A stretch of 64,000 bases of DNA from Isurus oxyrinchus. Taxonomy: Eukaryota. Under the pieces are notes generated by a model that worked only from the letters and a program-made list of their open reading frames with translations, did not search any database and had not been told where the DNA came from. The position numbers and the translations under genes were made by a program. The DNA is taken from positions 100,874,001 through 100,938,000 of the forward strand of contig JANJGN010000021.1 in assembly GCA_026770705.1 (NCBI GenBank). Direction: 5' to 3'. Shown here piece after piece: positions 61,495-64,000 of the stretch (position 1 is the stretch's first letter; each line of letters opens with the position of its first letter).

Positions 61495-61754
61495 TTAATT
61501 GAATCTAAAACAAAAACAGAACCACCTGGAAAAACTCAGCAAGTCCGGCAGCATCGGCGGAGAAGAAAAGAGTTGACGTTTCGAGTCCTCATGACCCTTC
61601 GACGGAAGTTCTGTCGAAGGGTCATGAGGACTCGAAACGTCAACTCTTTTCTTCTCCGCCGATGCTGCCGGACTTGCTGAGTTTTTCCAGGTGGTTCTGT
61701 TTTTGTTTTGGATTTCCAGCATCCGCAGTTTTGTTTTGTTTTTAATTGAATCTA
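61495..61754. mobile_element. Young palindromic Penelope-like insertion with 13-bp TSD
   Basis: About 100-bp near-perfect inverted arms (61507-61708); TTAATTGAATCTA at 61495-61507 and 61742-61754. Confidence 0.85.
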
Positions 61755-61854
61755 CCTCGTTTGCCATTCAATGGGTGAAAATAGGGGATTTTAGGGAGAT
61801 TGTTACTTTCTGCCTGTAGCTAACATGGCAGTATTTAGGGAACAGAATTAGGCT

Positions 61855-62395
61855 ATCGGGCCCATTCCAGAGATCACGGCTTATCAGTACCTTAATTCCA
61901 AGCATCTTCCTTGGTTCTGTAACCTTTAAGGCCTTTGGCAAATAAAAAAAATCTATCAGTCTCAATTTTGAAACTTTCAATTGGGAGCCCCGGAATCAAG
62001 AGCTTTTTGGAAGAGAACATTCCAGATTTTTACCAGCCTTTGAGAAAAGAAGTGCTCTCAGGCATCAGAACTGAACTCTGTAGCCCTAATTTCAAGGTTA
62101 CAGCCTCTACATCCCGTTCTGAACTCTTCTATCAAAAGCATTAGTTTCTCCAAACTACCTTATCAAATGCTTAAATTATCTTAAATACTTCAATCAATGA
62201 CCTGTTAATCTTCCTTGCACAAGGGAGTAAATGCCTGGAATATGCAACCTGTCCTCATAATTTAATCCAATTTCCCAGTGTCATCTTGGTGCACCTGCAT
62301 TTTACCACCTCCAAGGTCAGCATATCCTTGTGGGATACGTTGCCCAGAATGGGATGAAATCCTCCAAATGGAGTCTAATCAGAGCTCTGCAAAGC
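61855..62395 (-). mobile_element. Degenerate CR1 3' fragment
   Basis: gcaacctgtcctcataa...catcttggtgcacctg...ccaaatggagtctaatcag CR1-like sequence. Confidence 0.6.
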
Positions 62396-62655
62396 CTACG
62401 TTTTGTGCTCAAATCTCTGGGATGGGGATTGAAGTGATGACCTCCTGACTGAGAGGCAAAAAGTGCTAATAACTGAGCCACAGCAGACCCATTAACGGAG
62501 AAAGTGGCCTTTATAACTATTTATGAGCAATCACTCTTAAAGTTTCATGAATTTGGAAACTGAGTCTCTGCCGTTCGACCAATCAAATCTAGCCCTAATA
62601 AAATGTACTGATAAGATTTGATCTAATTTTTACATTGTTATTGAATTTTAAACAG

Positions 62656-62765
62656 GAGGACGGTGGCAAATATTCAGAAGAGGAACTGCTAAAGTAGAAC
62701 AAATAAATTTAGAGAACAGCACCGATCAAACATTTTCTCCAGGCAAAAACGAAGGCAGCTCTTAG
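62656..62765 (+). CDS. ncr3-like: Gene C terminal cytoplasmic exon (GGRWQIFRRGTAKVEQINLENSTDQTFSPGKNEGSS*), no Tyr
   Basis: ttttaaacag acceptor; phase-1 frame open to TAG at 62763-62765. Confidence 0.6.
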
Positions 62766-63414
62766 CAATTCTGAAAATCCATCCCGACACAAAGATTCAC
62801 GTGTTCCTGTGCACTAATGGGAGCAGTCATTCATTGGAAAATCATTGGTACACTGTCAAACTGTTCTGTCCATTGCTACTGGCGATTTCCCGAGAAGCCA
62901 GCCGGTTAGAGACCATGGTGCATCCACAACACTGCCTCCACCCAACCCACCAACATACACAATATCCAACACAGACACACGAGTAATGACCACCTGCCAA
63001 TGTTAGGATAGGAAGCCTTATAGATGAACTCTGTTTTTTGAAAGGTTCCATTATATTTGCAAATACGTGACATATATGCCGCTCTATACTATTTTTTGCG
63101 AAGCCTACCTGCAAGGCTTAAAGCCTCTGACTTCAACAACACTACAAACACTGCGTTCTTCTTCAAATGCAATTGATCATTTAGTGGCGGAAATGCAGCC
63201 TGTTCAGTGATGTCCTCGCCGAACCCTGAAAGTAGAGTTAGAAATACAACAGGCTTTTTAAACGTGCATGTTTTGTAATCATTGAAGTTTGGCTCAATCC
63301 GGTTGTATTAAAATGAAAAGCTCACAGCCGAAGTTGCAGTGTGTTAGCCAACAATGACAGTCAATGTTAGACATGCAATGCAAGCATCAAACATTTTAGT
63401 CAATTACCCTTTGT

Positions 63415-64000
63415 CTATATCATTGTCACAGCCCAGTCTTGGAGAGGAAAGGGATCATGTTGGACCCAATTCTGGACCCAGACGCTGAAGGGAAAAGATG
63501 GTGTTTGACCCATTGCACCATCCAGGCCCAGAGCAGAAAAGGGCAGTTTCTGACCCACTGCAACACTCAGTCCCAGATGGGAAAGGGAAACATGCTTGAG
63601 CACTGAACCATTCAATCCCAGAGCAGAAGAGGACAGTACCTGACAAATGGAATCACACTCTGAGAGAGGAGAGGGACAGTGTCTGACTACTGCCTCATCT
63701 GGTGGAAGATGAGGAAAGGAGACAATCTGACCCACGATGCGAATCTGTCCTAGTCGGAGAAAATCGAGTTTATGACCTATTTATTGCCCTACCCAGCCCG
63801 GGGAGTGGGGTGGGGGCGAATGCAGTGCCTACCCACTGCAGCATCCAGTCCCAGTGGGGATAAGATCCGTGTCTGGCACACTGTCCCACCCAGTCCCAGA
63901 GAGGGGAAAGGACAGTGTCTGACCCACTGCCCCACCCAGTCCCAGATGGGCAAAGGACAGTGTCTGACCCAGTGTCCCACCCAGTCCCAGATGGGGAAAG
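63415..64000. repeat. ~36-bp GC-rich minisatellite running off the window end
   Basis: Repeated cccacccagtcccagatgggnaaaggacagtgtctgacccactg units. Confidence 0.9.

Noticed and set aside
63415-64000. CRISPR-like array (~36-bp period)
   Set aside because: Eukaryotic context, head-to-tail units with no unique spacers, and no cas genes.

Overview
Vertebrate genomic DNA, very probably from a cartilaginous fish (inferred from the CR1, RTE, Penelope and SINE families), repeat-rich, with one 140-N gap (23640-23779). Most ORFs in the supplied track are retroelement debris or noise. The real genic content is a cluster of intron-containing, single V-type Ig-domain, NKp30/NCR3-like type I receptors, assembled by hand from splice sites and phases. 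Gene A (minus, ~17271-23837, ~173 aa) and gene C (plus, 55118-62765, ~206 aa) have an Arg near the N-terminus of the TM helix and no cytoplasmic Tyr motif (activating type). Gene B (plus, 32646-44787, ~233 aa) has an uncharged TM and an ITIM (VQYCTL, inhibitory type), with the ITIM exon tandemly duplicated. All three share a 43-nt coding leader exon and a 339-342-nt phase-1 V exon ending in a germline-joined J-like YGxGTxLxV strand with no RSS. B and C share an identical 20-bp ETS/CRE-like element ~120 bp before the ATG. Each V-TM intron carries a candidate acceptor that would give a soluble V-only form. Candidate tail exons of a fourth, Tyr-motif receptor lie in the first 9 kb. Best reading: a paired activating/inhibitory NKp30-like receptor family. 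All exon joins are predictions without transcript support, and repeat boundaries are approximate.
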